From: Centroscyllium fabricii | Lineage: Eukaryota | Reading direction: 5' to 3' | DNA: 64,000 nt | NCBI GenBank assembly: GCA_051313645.2 | Contig: JBNRSN020000011.1 | Span: 137,516,001-137,580,000 of the forward strand | Shown: in pieces, positions 40,752-51,229 of the stretch | Position numbering within the stretch: position 1 is the first letter of the stretch | Layout: every line of letters begins with the position of its first letter | Position numbers and translations under genes: made by a program | Notes under the pieces: model-generated | The model's input: the letters and a program-made list of their open reading frames with translations, nothing else | Database searches by the model: none | Told to the model about the DNA's origin: nothing

Positions 40752-41779
40752 TCAGCGCCCATTCTGATACCTTAGCATCAGTGTGAAAGGAAAGTGATCC
40801 AGATCTCCTTCAAGGTTGCTATAATTAGTCATGTTGCGCATGACTGCTCCATGCCTGCATTTCTAGCCCTAGACTAATTATTGATTGGTGCCTTTTTGCA
40901 GCTCAAAAGAATAAGACACAGGGTTTGGTTTGATGGTGTTAGGGTTTTGAGTATGGACTTTCAGGTAATGGGTGCGGGGCCCCATTGGGTCAATAGGTTC
41001 AGTTGGCCTCAGGCCGGCTCTGCTCCTCGACTCCAAGGGGATGGGGGCGGGGGGGAAGTAGGCGCCGCGGGTATGGCTCCGTGGGCACAGGGCCTCCGAG
41101 TGAGCAGCCGCACTCAATATGAAGCACACGAGAAGTTTGGGAGAGTCGCAGCATCTAGATCAGCCGCAGAATACAGCACACGACTGGCTCAGGCACAGAA
41201 CCCATTCACCTATACTTAAGATAACTGGCATTATTGTTTTGCCCTTTAAAATTTTTAATATGCCCATAAAAATCTACAGAACTTTGTTAATGTACACCGC
41301 CCCCCACCCGCTTAGAGGCGGCACATCTACACAGCCCTTCTCCTAACACAGCTTTACAACCCAGTTCAATTATTTGGCTTGCCTTTTACTGCAAATATTT
41401 GATTCCCATATTCCAGCAAATATAATCACAACCTATAAAGTAAAATGTGCAACATCTTGTTAAGTCGTTGTTCGGAACTGAAATCACACGATAGGAGCAG
41501 CGCAAATTGTTATTTAATGACATAAACGACTGGTATTGATTTTTTGAAATTCTGACGATAATATTAGGCATTGCACAGTCGAGGTAAACTCGGCTGCTTG
41601 GTAAACGTTGCCTGTTTAAATAGCAGAGGGTCCCACACTGAAAGATGCTGTGGGGATGGATACTCCACGCAGAGATCCTTCTCGTCTGGGCATTCTGTGG
41701 CTGTGTTTTGTGTGCTTGTATTTTTGTCTCTGTTTGGTGTGACATGTGCGGCCTATAAGCGATTGCCCTCTCGCACAGG

Positions 41780-42320
41780 GGGTATTCCAACATCACATAT
41801 GCAAGATTTCATCTTGCGATCAATAGCGCAAAATTTGCTTTTATGACAAGCCCGACAAATCAGTGATGGATCAGAGCAGGCCCTGGTTGGGCTGAGCCTT
41901 GGAAAAGTCAACGACATTTGACGCATTTGTCAAAGTCCTCATTGACCCCTGACCCTTAAGGTTCCTAAAGTATTGATTCCCAGCGTCTGGACTCAATTGG
42001 CCTGCAGACATTTGAAGGAAAACGCAGAGCTGCTGGACTGGCAGGACTTTATAAAAAGACTGGATCGATGAGAAATGATTTAGCTTCGGCCAAAAAAAAC
42101 AACAACCGTAAGCTGTGCGTGAAACTTAAGCAATAATGAGGGTTTGCGGAAGAGTTTTATTTAAAAGGGCAATGACCGTTTTCACATTAATTCCGGGGTG
42201 GGAGATGGGCCCCACGGAACATCAACTTTACTAATGGTCAGGGTAGGCAGATGAGAGATTACATTGCTGCTCTTTCACAATTTAAACGACTGGGACATGC
42301 TTCTGGTTTACTGAACAACT
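41780..42320. promoter_or_regulatory. Candidate conserved non-coding enhancer
   Basis: TTTTATGAC, TGATGGAT (Pbx-Hox), TGACCCCTGACCC (nuclear receptor DR1-like) and TTTTATAAA-like motifs. Confidence 0.35.
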
Positions 42321-42631
42321 TTAAGAGTAGATTTTGCTGTCTCTTTAAAAAAAAGAAAGTCCTTTCATGTTATTTATCATTTTCGTTTATACTCCACCTT
42401 CAGTCCACTTGGTCTTAACATCTCTGCTGCTGTCGCGTTAGGCACACAACCTGCTCCCAGGCTGCCTCAGTGACCCATGCAGTCTGTCACCAGAAAGCAA
42501 CAGGAACTACCAAGATTTACCCTTCTGATTTTTGGCCTTCCCCTTAGAGAGATGTACCAGCTTCAAAATGCACCTTTGCAACGGTAGTCAATTGGAAATA
42601 TACACCTAACTATTCTTTTATTATATTTTGC

Positions 42632-43432
42632 ATAAGAACATAAGAAATCGGAGCGGGAGTCGGCCATTTGGCCCTTCGAGCCTGCTCCACTATTCAATAA
42701 GATCCTGAATGATCATCTACCTCATCTCCACTTTCCTGAACTATTCCCATATAGAAACATAGAAAAAACATAGAAGATAGGAGCAGGAGTAGGCCATTCG
42801 GCCCTTCGAGCCTGCTCCGCCATTCAATGAGATCATGGCTGATCACCCAAACCCAGTACCCTGTCCCTGCCTTGTCCCCATATCCCTCGATCCCTATTGA
42901 GCCTGCACCGACACATATCCCACCCTATCCCCGTAACCCCACATATTCAATCTCCCTAACATTAAGTGTCAATTTATCCTGGCCAATCAACCTAACCCGC
43001 ACATCTTTGGACTGTGGGAGGAAACCGGAGCACCCGGAGGAAACCCACGCAGACACGGGGAGAATGTGCAAACTCCACACAGATAGTCACCCGAGGCCGG
43101 ATTTGAACCCGGGTCCCTTGATTCCCTAAATATTCAAAAATCTATCAATCTCTGTCTTGAATGTACTCAACGACTGAGCCTCTACAGCCCTCTGGGGTAG
43201 ACAATTCCAAAGATTCACCACCCTCTGAGTGAAGAAATTTCTCCTCATCTCAGTCCTAAATGGCCGACCCCTTATGTAGTTCTAGACTCCCCAACCCGGG
43301 AAAACATCCTCCCTGCATCTACCCTGTCAAGCCCTGTAAGAATATTTTATGTTACAATGAGATCACCTCTCAGTCTTCTAAACTCTCGAGAATATAGGCC
43401 TAGTCTACCCAATCTCTCCTCATAGGACAATT
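42632..43432 (-). mobile_element. CR1 3' fragment interrupted by a V-SINE
   Basis: Tail CATAAGAACATAAGAAA at 42632. ORF2 motifs (RNFFTQRVVNLWN, GDLI) at 43116-43432. Confidence 0.85.
42751..43115 (-). mobile_element. V-SINE lacking the first ~45 nt of the head
   Basis: Same family; ends just after the B box. Confidence 0.9.
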
Positions 43433-43749
43433 TTATTTACAATTAACTCACAAGAATCATTTTTATCAGGTTAGGAGGTAAATAAGCTATCCATGCTGGA
43501 ACATTTTATTTTGAGTGTGAACCTGTATTAATGTTAACATGCAAATTTTCAGTAAGGTGCAGTATATGTACTGAACTCTGTTCTATCCATTGAGTTCCAA
43601 TTCTGTAGTTGGCAAAACCCAAAGAGGACATGAGTAACCCACTTAAGAAATTGATCTCTGTTGCAAATATGTGAACACAAAAGCAAAATACTGTGGATGC
43701 TGGAAGTCTGAAATATGTGAATGTGTTTACAACGGAAAATCAGAATGGA

Positions 43750-45263
43750 GGACTGTGTACAGTTTTGGTCGCCATATTATAAAAACGATATAGAGACGCT
43801 GGAGAGGGTGCAGAAAAGATTTACAAGGATGATACCAGAAATGCGAGGGTATATATATATCAGGAAAATATGAACAGGCTGGGGCTCTTTTCTCTTGAGG
43901 GGGTGACCTAATAGAGATCTTTAAAACTATGAAAGGTTTTAATAGAGTAGACACAGAGAGAGTGTTTCCACTTGTGGGGAAGAGCAAAACTAGAGGCCGT
44001 CAATATAAGACAGTCACCAAGAAATCGAATAGGCAATTCAGAAAAAACTTCTTTACTCAGAGAGTGGTGAAAATGTGGAATCATAAGAAGTTACAGCATG
44101 GAAGGAGGCCATTTCGGCCCATCGTGTCTGCGCTGGCCAACAAAGAACCATCCAGCCGAATCTCACGCCCCAGCTCTTGGTCCGTAGCCCTGCAGGTTAC
44201 AGCCTCCAAAGTGCACATCCAAGTACCTTTTAAATGTGGTTAGGGTTCCTGCCTCTACCACTCTTTCAGGCAGTGAGTTCCAGACCCCCACAATCATCTG
44301 GGTGAAGAGATTTCCCCTCAAATCTCCTCTAAAGCTTCCAGCAAATACTTTAAATCTGTGCCCCCCTGGTTGTTACCCCCTCTGCTAAGGGAAATAATTC
44401 CTTTCTATCCACCTTATCTAGGCCCCTCATAATTTTATACCCCTCAATATTGCCTCCCCTCAGCCTCCTCTGTTCCAAGGAAACAAATTCAGTCTTTGCT
44501 AAGATGATCTACTCCCAACAACATCCTTGTAAATCTCCTCTGTACCCTCTCTGGTGCAATCACATCTTTCCTGTAATGTGGTGACCAGAACTGCTTGCAG
44601 TACTCTAGCTGAGGCCGAACCAGTGTTTTATACAGATGAAGCATAACCTCCCTGCTCTTGTATTCTATGCCACGGCTAATAAAGGCAAGCACTCCGTATG
44701 CCTTCTTAACCACCTGGCCTGCTACCTTCAGGGATCTATGGACATGCACCCCAAGGTCCCTTTGTTGCTCTACACTACTCAGTATCCTACCTTTTAATTT
44801 GTATTCCCTTTCCTTGTTAGCCCTCCCCAAATGCATTACCTCATATTTCTCCGAATTAAATTCCAATTGTCACTGTTCTGCCCACCTGACCAATTTATTG
44901 ATATCGTCCTGCAGTCTACAGCTTCCTTCTTCAGCATCAACCACACAGCCAATTTTAGTATTACCTGCAAACTTCATAAACATACCCACTATATTCAAGT
45001 CTAGATCATTCATATACACCACAAAAAGGAAGTGACCAAGTACTGAGCCCACTCGCTACCACAGGGCGTGGTTGAGGCAAATAGTATAGATGCATTTAAC
45101 GGGAGGCTAGATAAGCCTATGAGGGAGATGGGAATAGAGGGTTATGCGGATAGAGCTAGATGAGGTAGGATTGGAGGAGGGTCGAGTGGAGCATAAACGC
45201 CAGCATAGACTGGTTGGGCTGAATCGCCTATTTCTGTGCTGTATATTTTATGTAATTCTATGT
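43750..45263 (+). mobile_element. CR1 3' fragment split by an antisense CR1
   Basis: RVVKMW|N at ~44080 resumes as ACTCGCTACCACAG at 45051; closely similar to 2670-3225. Confidence 0.85.
44081..45050 (-). mobile_element. Nested CR1 RT fragment
   Basis: ORFs 44870-45052 (GSVLG...YMNDL...KFAGNTK, a decayed FADD) and 44489-44866 (RDLGVHV...LVRPQLEYC). Confidence 0.9.
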
Positions 45264-45498
45264 AGTCATTTATCTCCAACCAAAATAAAAAGATGAATAT
45301 TGTGAAATGTATACGACCCACTTGCTTTACTTGTTAAAGTGCTAGTTTGAACTTGTTTAGTTAATTAACTTTTTCAACCTTAATGTGTCTGTTATTTTCT
45401 CTTTTTCTCTTTAGATCTTCCTGCATCACATGCTATTCCTCACTCCAGATAATGACTAGACAATGTATTCCAACCTTCTGCAAATAATACTAAGTATA

Positions 45499-45757
45499 AT
45501 AGAAACATAGAAACATAGAAACTAGGAGCAGGAGTAGGCCATTCAGCCCTTCGAACCTGCACAGCCATTCAACGAGATCATGGCTGATCATCCAAACTCA
45601 GTACCCCGCCCCTGCCCTCTCCCCATATCCCTCGATCCCTATCGAGCCTCCATCGACACATATCCCACCCTATCCCCGTAACCCCACATATTTAATCCCC
45701 CTAACACTAAGGGTCAATTTATCATGGCCAATCAACCTAACCTGCACATCTTTGGAC
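45499..45757 (-). mobile_element. V-SINE, 5'-truncated
   Basis: Stops at GCACATCTTTGGAC. Confidence 0.9.
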
Positions 45758-45767
45758 ATCATAATGC

Positions 45768-46120
45768 CAGGGTATGGTAGTATAGTGGTTATGTTATTGA
45801 ATTAGAATCCAGATGGTTCTGGACTAATAATCCAGAGAACATGAGTTCAAATCCCACCATGGCAGTTTGAGAATTTGACTGAAGTTTAAAACGATATCTG
45901 TAAATAAAGCTGGAATCAGTAAAAGCCTAATTAGTTCACTAATGTCCTTTAGGGAACAAAACCTGCTGTTCATATCTAGTCTGGTCTGTATTCTGTACCA
46001 CAAAATGTGATTGACTCTTAACTGCTATCTGAAATGGCTTAGAAAGCCACGCAGTTGTACCAAACCACGATAGCAGAATGACCACCACCACCAGGGATGG
46101 GCAATATCCCGCGAATGTAT
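45768..46120 (+). mobile_element. SINE-B, degenerate
   Basis: Homologous to 34346-35222. Confidence 0.75.
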
Positions 46121-46308
46121 TTAAAATAGGCCGCTGGGATCTGTGTGAAAATTGCTTAGTGATGCTTTGTCCTCTGTTTTCCCCTATTACCTCAGTGATC
46201 CTGATGGGAAGCAGTTACATGCTGCAAGCAACTTAAGCAACTTATGTGGTTGCCTACCTTGTGCTACCATTGACGCCAAAACCATCAGTTATGTTGTGGT
46301 GATACACT

Positions 46309-47056
46309 GGCCCAGAAATTCGGGTCCCAATGCGTGAGTACTCACCCGTAGGCCCATCCAAAGTGCCGGTTTCGTGCATGCACAGCGCATGCGCGCGAAT
46401 CCGGCACTTCCGATCCCCTGACAGAAGGAGTCATGGGTCGGAATGCGTGCGCGGGAGCGGCAGCGCGTGCACACTGCACTTCCAATTTTTACAGGTTCTG
46501 TGCCCGGGTAAGTATGGAAAAAGTTATGGCTGCTTTTGTAATGTGCAAAGACTGGTTTTCAGAAGGTAAGTGGTGAATTTATTCAAATTAAAACATTTTT
46601 TCCACAGGTTTTTTATCTTTAAATACTTTAAAGAAAGATAAGTTTATTTTTAGCCCCATTCAAAACTTTATTAATTTTTTCCAAAATTTAAATTATTGTT
46701 TATAATAGTTATTTTATGTAATTGATCGTTATTTAAAAAAATGTGATGTTTAAAAAAAATTTATTTGAAGATTTAGCGATGTTTTGGGGCTTGTAGTATT
46801 CATACTTTTGACAGGTCTTCCTGTCAAACTTATGAATGGAGCATTCTGTGCTCCGATAGGCTCTCTGTGGCCCACGTGATCCCGCACGATCCATCGCACT
46901 ATCTTCGCCGCTCGGATATGGGAGCGCGGCGTGCCGGCAGTTGAGGAAGGCCCCGCATCGGAATTCCATGCGGGCCCACAGCTCAACGTCTGGCGTGCTA
47001 GGTAAGTGCAGATTGGAAGGTTGCACACGCGGGAAGCCTCCAACCCGAATTTCTGT
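46309..47056. mobile_element. Harbinger-like MITE (GC-rich arms, AT-rich core)
   Basis: TIRs CAGAAATTCGGGT / ACCCGAATTTCTG; homologous to 5352-5577 and 63332-64000. Confidence 0.8.
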
Positions 47057-47059
47057 ATA

Positions 47060-48280
47060 CAGGTTGTGCACCGTTAATCCATTACCCGATAAGCCGACAG
47101 CTTCAGTCTTCCGGAACAAATTGCCCCGACTATCCTGTGCATGCGCAAAATGGCAGCCGCGATAGATGCTTCGGCGAATGATCTGCACATGCGCTAGCCG
47201 TTCAGCGGCGCATGCACAGATCATATCAAAACCTCCGGCGGCCCAAGGTCTTTGATGGTAGGGATAAGTGTCATGACTTGTCTGAGGGTGACGCCCACCA
47301 CCAGAAGTGCGAAGCAGGAGAGCTACGTGACCATAGCCCTGAAACCCTTGGGGCTTGAACTCGAGGCGCTCCTGGAAAGAGAGCACGAACACGGAGAAGA
47401 CTATATGGCAAGGATGGAACGGCGCCGTGCAGCACGTTCACGGTCACCTGACCCGCGAGATGGGGGCAGCTACTGCCAGGAACAAGGTAGCATAGAAACA
47501 TAGAAACTAGGAGCAGGAGTAGGCCATTCGGCCCTTCGAGCCTGCTCCGCCATTCAATGAGATCATGGCTGATCATCCAAACCCAGCATCCCGCCCCTGC
47601 CCTCTCCCCATATCCCTCGATCCCTATCGAGCCTGCATCAACACATATCCCACCCTATCCCCGTAACCCCACATATTCAATCCCCCTAACACTAAGGGTT
47701 AATTTATCATGGCCAATCAACCTAACCCGCACATCTTGGGACTGTGGGAGGAAGCCGGAGCACCCGGAGGAAACCCACGCAGACACGGGGAGAATGTGCA
47801 AACTCCACACAGATAGTACCCGAGGCTGGATTTGAACCCGGGTCTCCAGTGCTGTGAGGCAACAATGCTAACCACTGTGCCACCGTGCCGTAGCGACTTT
47901 CATTTTCGTTTAAATATCCGTTCAGAATCTGCAAAATTCCCCTCCGTTGTCTCCAGCCTTGTGCTCTAGAATGAACGGAGAGGACAACTTTGATGAAGGA
48001 AGGTGACTTCCAAGAAATGCAGCAAATGGTTGGACACCCTGTCTGACAGCACGTGTGGTGAGGTTAAACTGCTTTTGGTGAAACTATGGCTAATGCTGTA
48101 TTGGGGTTGGTCTCCGGGACCTATAGACACAGATTGCTGTGGGGAGAAAGGCTCTTTTCTGGCTGCAAATCCGGGCAGTTGGCAGATCATTCAAAACGGC
48201 CGCCGGAGATTGTTCCATTTTTTTCGGTATACCGGCGCGGGCGTAGTCCCGCCCGTGCCGGTATAACGGTGCGCAACCTG
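47060..48280. mobile_element. Tc1/mariner (Tigger/pogo-like) non-autonomous element
   Basis: TA|CAGGTTGTGCACCGTTA...TAACGGTGCGCAACCTG|TA: 17 bp TIRs with one mismatch and a TA target duplication. Confidence 0.8.
47492..47889 (-). mobile_element. V-SINE, full length, nested in the Tigger-like element
   Basis: Same family; GTAGC duplicated at 47487 and 47890. Confidence 0.9.
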
Positions 48281-49151
48281 TATCTACACTTGAGAAGGCA
48301 GGAATGATGAGTAGTAGCACATAATCCTGAAAAAAATTAAACTTTGGTTATAGTTATATAGTCACAGTTAGCATGTTAATAACAGGACAAATGGAAATTA
48401 GTACACTTGCTAATATTCAAGTTATTTTTATGACATTATTATATTTTCCATACAATAATGATATTCAAATTGAAGTTATAAAAAGAATACCTGAGCATCA
48501 GCTGCATTTGTCTGATGTGCCAAAACACAGGACTTGGCTACTGCTGCCAGTTCATGCGTAGTTGGCCACTTCGAACTTACAAACCTGAATTGTCAAAAAC
48601 ATGTCTTTCTTGAGTGTCACTTCTAAAAAATTGACAGTTTTTTGAATGCTTGTAATTAGCCCATGGGAACAGTAAGACTGAAAAGTCTCATCTGTTATTG
48701 GTCCACGTTAACCACTCCCATTGATCCCTTGAGTGTCATTTTGAACATTGGCATTTTTTTCTGAGCACTATGATTGGTCATGGGAACAACCAAGCGATTT
48801 AACAATTTGCATTGCCATGGATAACATCATAAAGCAGCTTCAAAGCAACTGTTATTTCAGTGGCACTACATTTCCAGGTTTCCTGTTTTTACACTCACAA
48901 TGCACTCGAGTAACTTCAACTGAGAATTATAAGGTGCAGCTGCTGCCAGGATCAGCTGAGACAGACAGAGTTTGCAAACCTCAAGTGTGTTGAGAGTTTC
49001 TGCAGTGACTTCTGCAGCTGAGAAAGACTTTTCCCTGCGATTTTCCTGGGGTATTTTGCCTACACAGATTTGCTTCTGAGATTGTAAATCAATTCAATAC
49101 ACAACCTGGAATAATAACACCAGGTTATAGTCCAACAGTTTTATTTGAAAT

Positions 49152-49186
49152 CACAAGCTTTCGGAGTGCTGCTCCTTCCTCAGGTG
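49152..49186 (-). ncRNA. Minimal hammerhead ribozyme within PLE fragment 49116-49186
   Basis: TCAC-CTGAGGA-A-GGAG-CAGCA-CTCC-GAAA-GC-TT-GTGA. Confidence 0.7.
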
Positions 49187-49286
49187 AAAGAGAAGTTAAT
49201 TTAAACACAGCACAGATAGCAATCTAATCTCTCCAACATCACACTTCAGCAGACACAGAGCAGCCAAAGGTGTTTTAACATATTTT

Positions 49287-49440
49287 GATGTGGAGGTGCT
49301 GGTGTTGGACTGGAGTGGACAAATGCAAGAAGTCACACAACACCAGGTTGTGATTTAAAATAAAACTGTTGGACTATAACCATCTTGTGATTTAAAATAA
49401 AACTGTTGGACTATAACCTGGTGTTGTGTGACTTCTCGCA
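49287..49440. mobile_element. PLE pseudo-LTR insertion: one inverted and two tandem partial copies
   Basis: 13 bp duplication TTTAACATATTTT at 49274-49286 and 49441-49453. TTGTGATTTAAAATAAAACTGTTGGACTATAACC occurs twice. Confidence 0.75.
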
Positions 49441-49689
49441 TTTAACATATTTTAACATATTCATCAGATCATGAGATCAATGAGGTACAGTCACAAAGGG
49501 TCAAATGTTGCAGTCTTGTCTCTGTGTAAAAACACACAGAATGATTTTTTTTTTAAAAGGAGATTTTCCTTACTGGAGAACTCCGCAACGAACAAGACAA
49601 AGATGACTCGAGTCTGGATGACTCTACGTCAGGCGGGGTCACATGTAGCGTGACTTGAAGCCAATATCACGGTTGAGGCCCAGGCGTGT

Positions 49690-50058
49690 CAGGCGTGGAC
49701 AGGTTAGATGCAGAAAGGATGTTTCCGATGGCCGGGGAGTCGAGAACCAGGGGGCATAGTCTAAGGATAAGGGGTAAGCCTTGTAGGACTGAGATGAGGA
49801 GGAAATTCTTCACACAGAGAGTGGTGAACCTGTGGAATTCCTTGCCACAGAGGGCGGTGGAGGCCGGTTCATTGAATATATTCAAGAGGGAACTGGATAT
49901 ATTTCTTCAGGCTAAAGGGATTAAGGGATATGGGGAGAAGGCAGGGACTGGGTACTGAACGTGTAAGATCAGCCATGATCTCGTTGAATGGCGGAGCAGG
50001 CTCGAAAGGCCGAATGGCCTACTCCTGCTCCTATCTTCTATGATCCTATCTTCTATAA
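49690..50058 (+). mobile_element. CR1 3' fragment (subfamily sharing its tail with the V-SINE)
   Basis: ORF 49686-49958 reads TRGHSLRIRG...FFTQRVVNLWNSLP...GIKGYGEKAG; tail nearly identical to the V-SINE tail. Confidence 0.92.
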
Positions 50059-51229
50059 TAAAGGTTGCAACTGCAACATGCTGTTTAGTAACGACATTAA
50101 GCAAACATGGCCACATGCATGGTTGTTCAAATGATGACCAGCACTTATGAATCACTGCATTAATGCTGTCCCAGGCATCTCAGCTGCAGACATGCAGGTT
50201 GAAATGGTCAAAATGTCATTATCAGCAATGCTGAACCTCAGCCAGTCCAGTTTTGAGCTTGCAAGTTCATATCCATTGTCAATCATGTTCCCCCCCTTTC
50301 ACATGGTGCCCCTCCCTTTTCAAGAGTGACACATATTCTGACAAACCATTGACTCTGCTGTGGGGGTCACAGTGAAATCGGGGTCCCTGATCAGCCAATC
50401 GAAATGGACATCCCCCCGGAGGTTGTCAATGCCTTCATTTGAAAAACGGAGAACAACATCAGCCATGTATAGAAAAATTATGCAGCCGCTGTCGGGTTTC
50501 TTTCTGCGGGTGGGGCTGATGTGTTTCCAAATATCGTGGAGGTGCTTCAGGGCAGCGCACCCGGACATGGGGCAGGAGCTGTGGAGGGCGGTGAGGGACA
50601 ATGTCTGGTGGGTCTTCACCCACCTGATCTTGTTTGATGTGTGAGAGCTGAGGCATGCTGGCACCATGGCTCCTTGGCCATTCCATCAGGGTCAGTTGCT
50701 GTGAGGGGCCAGCTGCAGCCAGATGATGTTGGATGCGTGGGTACTTTGGCCAGTTGGCCCATCTTTTCTTTGCCCACCTCTATCCTTTTAAAGTTTTGTT
50801 CATGTTAAAGTTCAGCCCTGAGGCTTGTTTGCTGGTGTTGCGAAAACATCAGGTGGTTTGTTCAGTTAACCTGGTCATCATTTGGACCACACATTGTTCA
50901 TACAGTCCCTCTGGTCGCTGGTGTGCGTCACCATGAAGGTAGGCCAATTTCAAGGACCTTCACTCTTAACCATTGAGCTGCAGTCTGTTATTGAACCTCA
51001 TGCGTCTTGCTGTAAGTCCTTGTGCCATGTTGCGTCTGCATCCTACCATATCTGTGAGGCCTGCCCAATTGCTGTCCAGCTTGCATAAGGCTTCAATGTG
51101 GAAGGGCCATTCGCAAGATTTCAGAATTGACAACTGCATCAGGTGGCACCTGCAGTGGTCTGCTGTCTGACCACTGCTATGGACACCTAAATGTCTGTTA
51201 CACTAACACTCAAGTGACTCCCGTTGTGC

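Noticed and set aside
9300-42600. Naming the developmental gene targeted by the putative enhancers
   Set aside because: No exon of such a gene is visible, and I cannot identify the elements without a database search.
48748-48993. TNFR-like motif PGSAETDRVC in a plus-strand ORF
   Set aside because: The remaining cysteine spacing of a TNFR repeat is missing and no supporting exons were found.
49348-49420. 34 bp direct repeat as a CRISPR-like array
   Set aside because: Only two copies, 3 nt apart, in a vertebrate context, and explained by PLE pseudo-LTR duplication.
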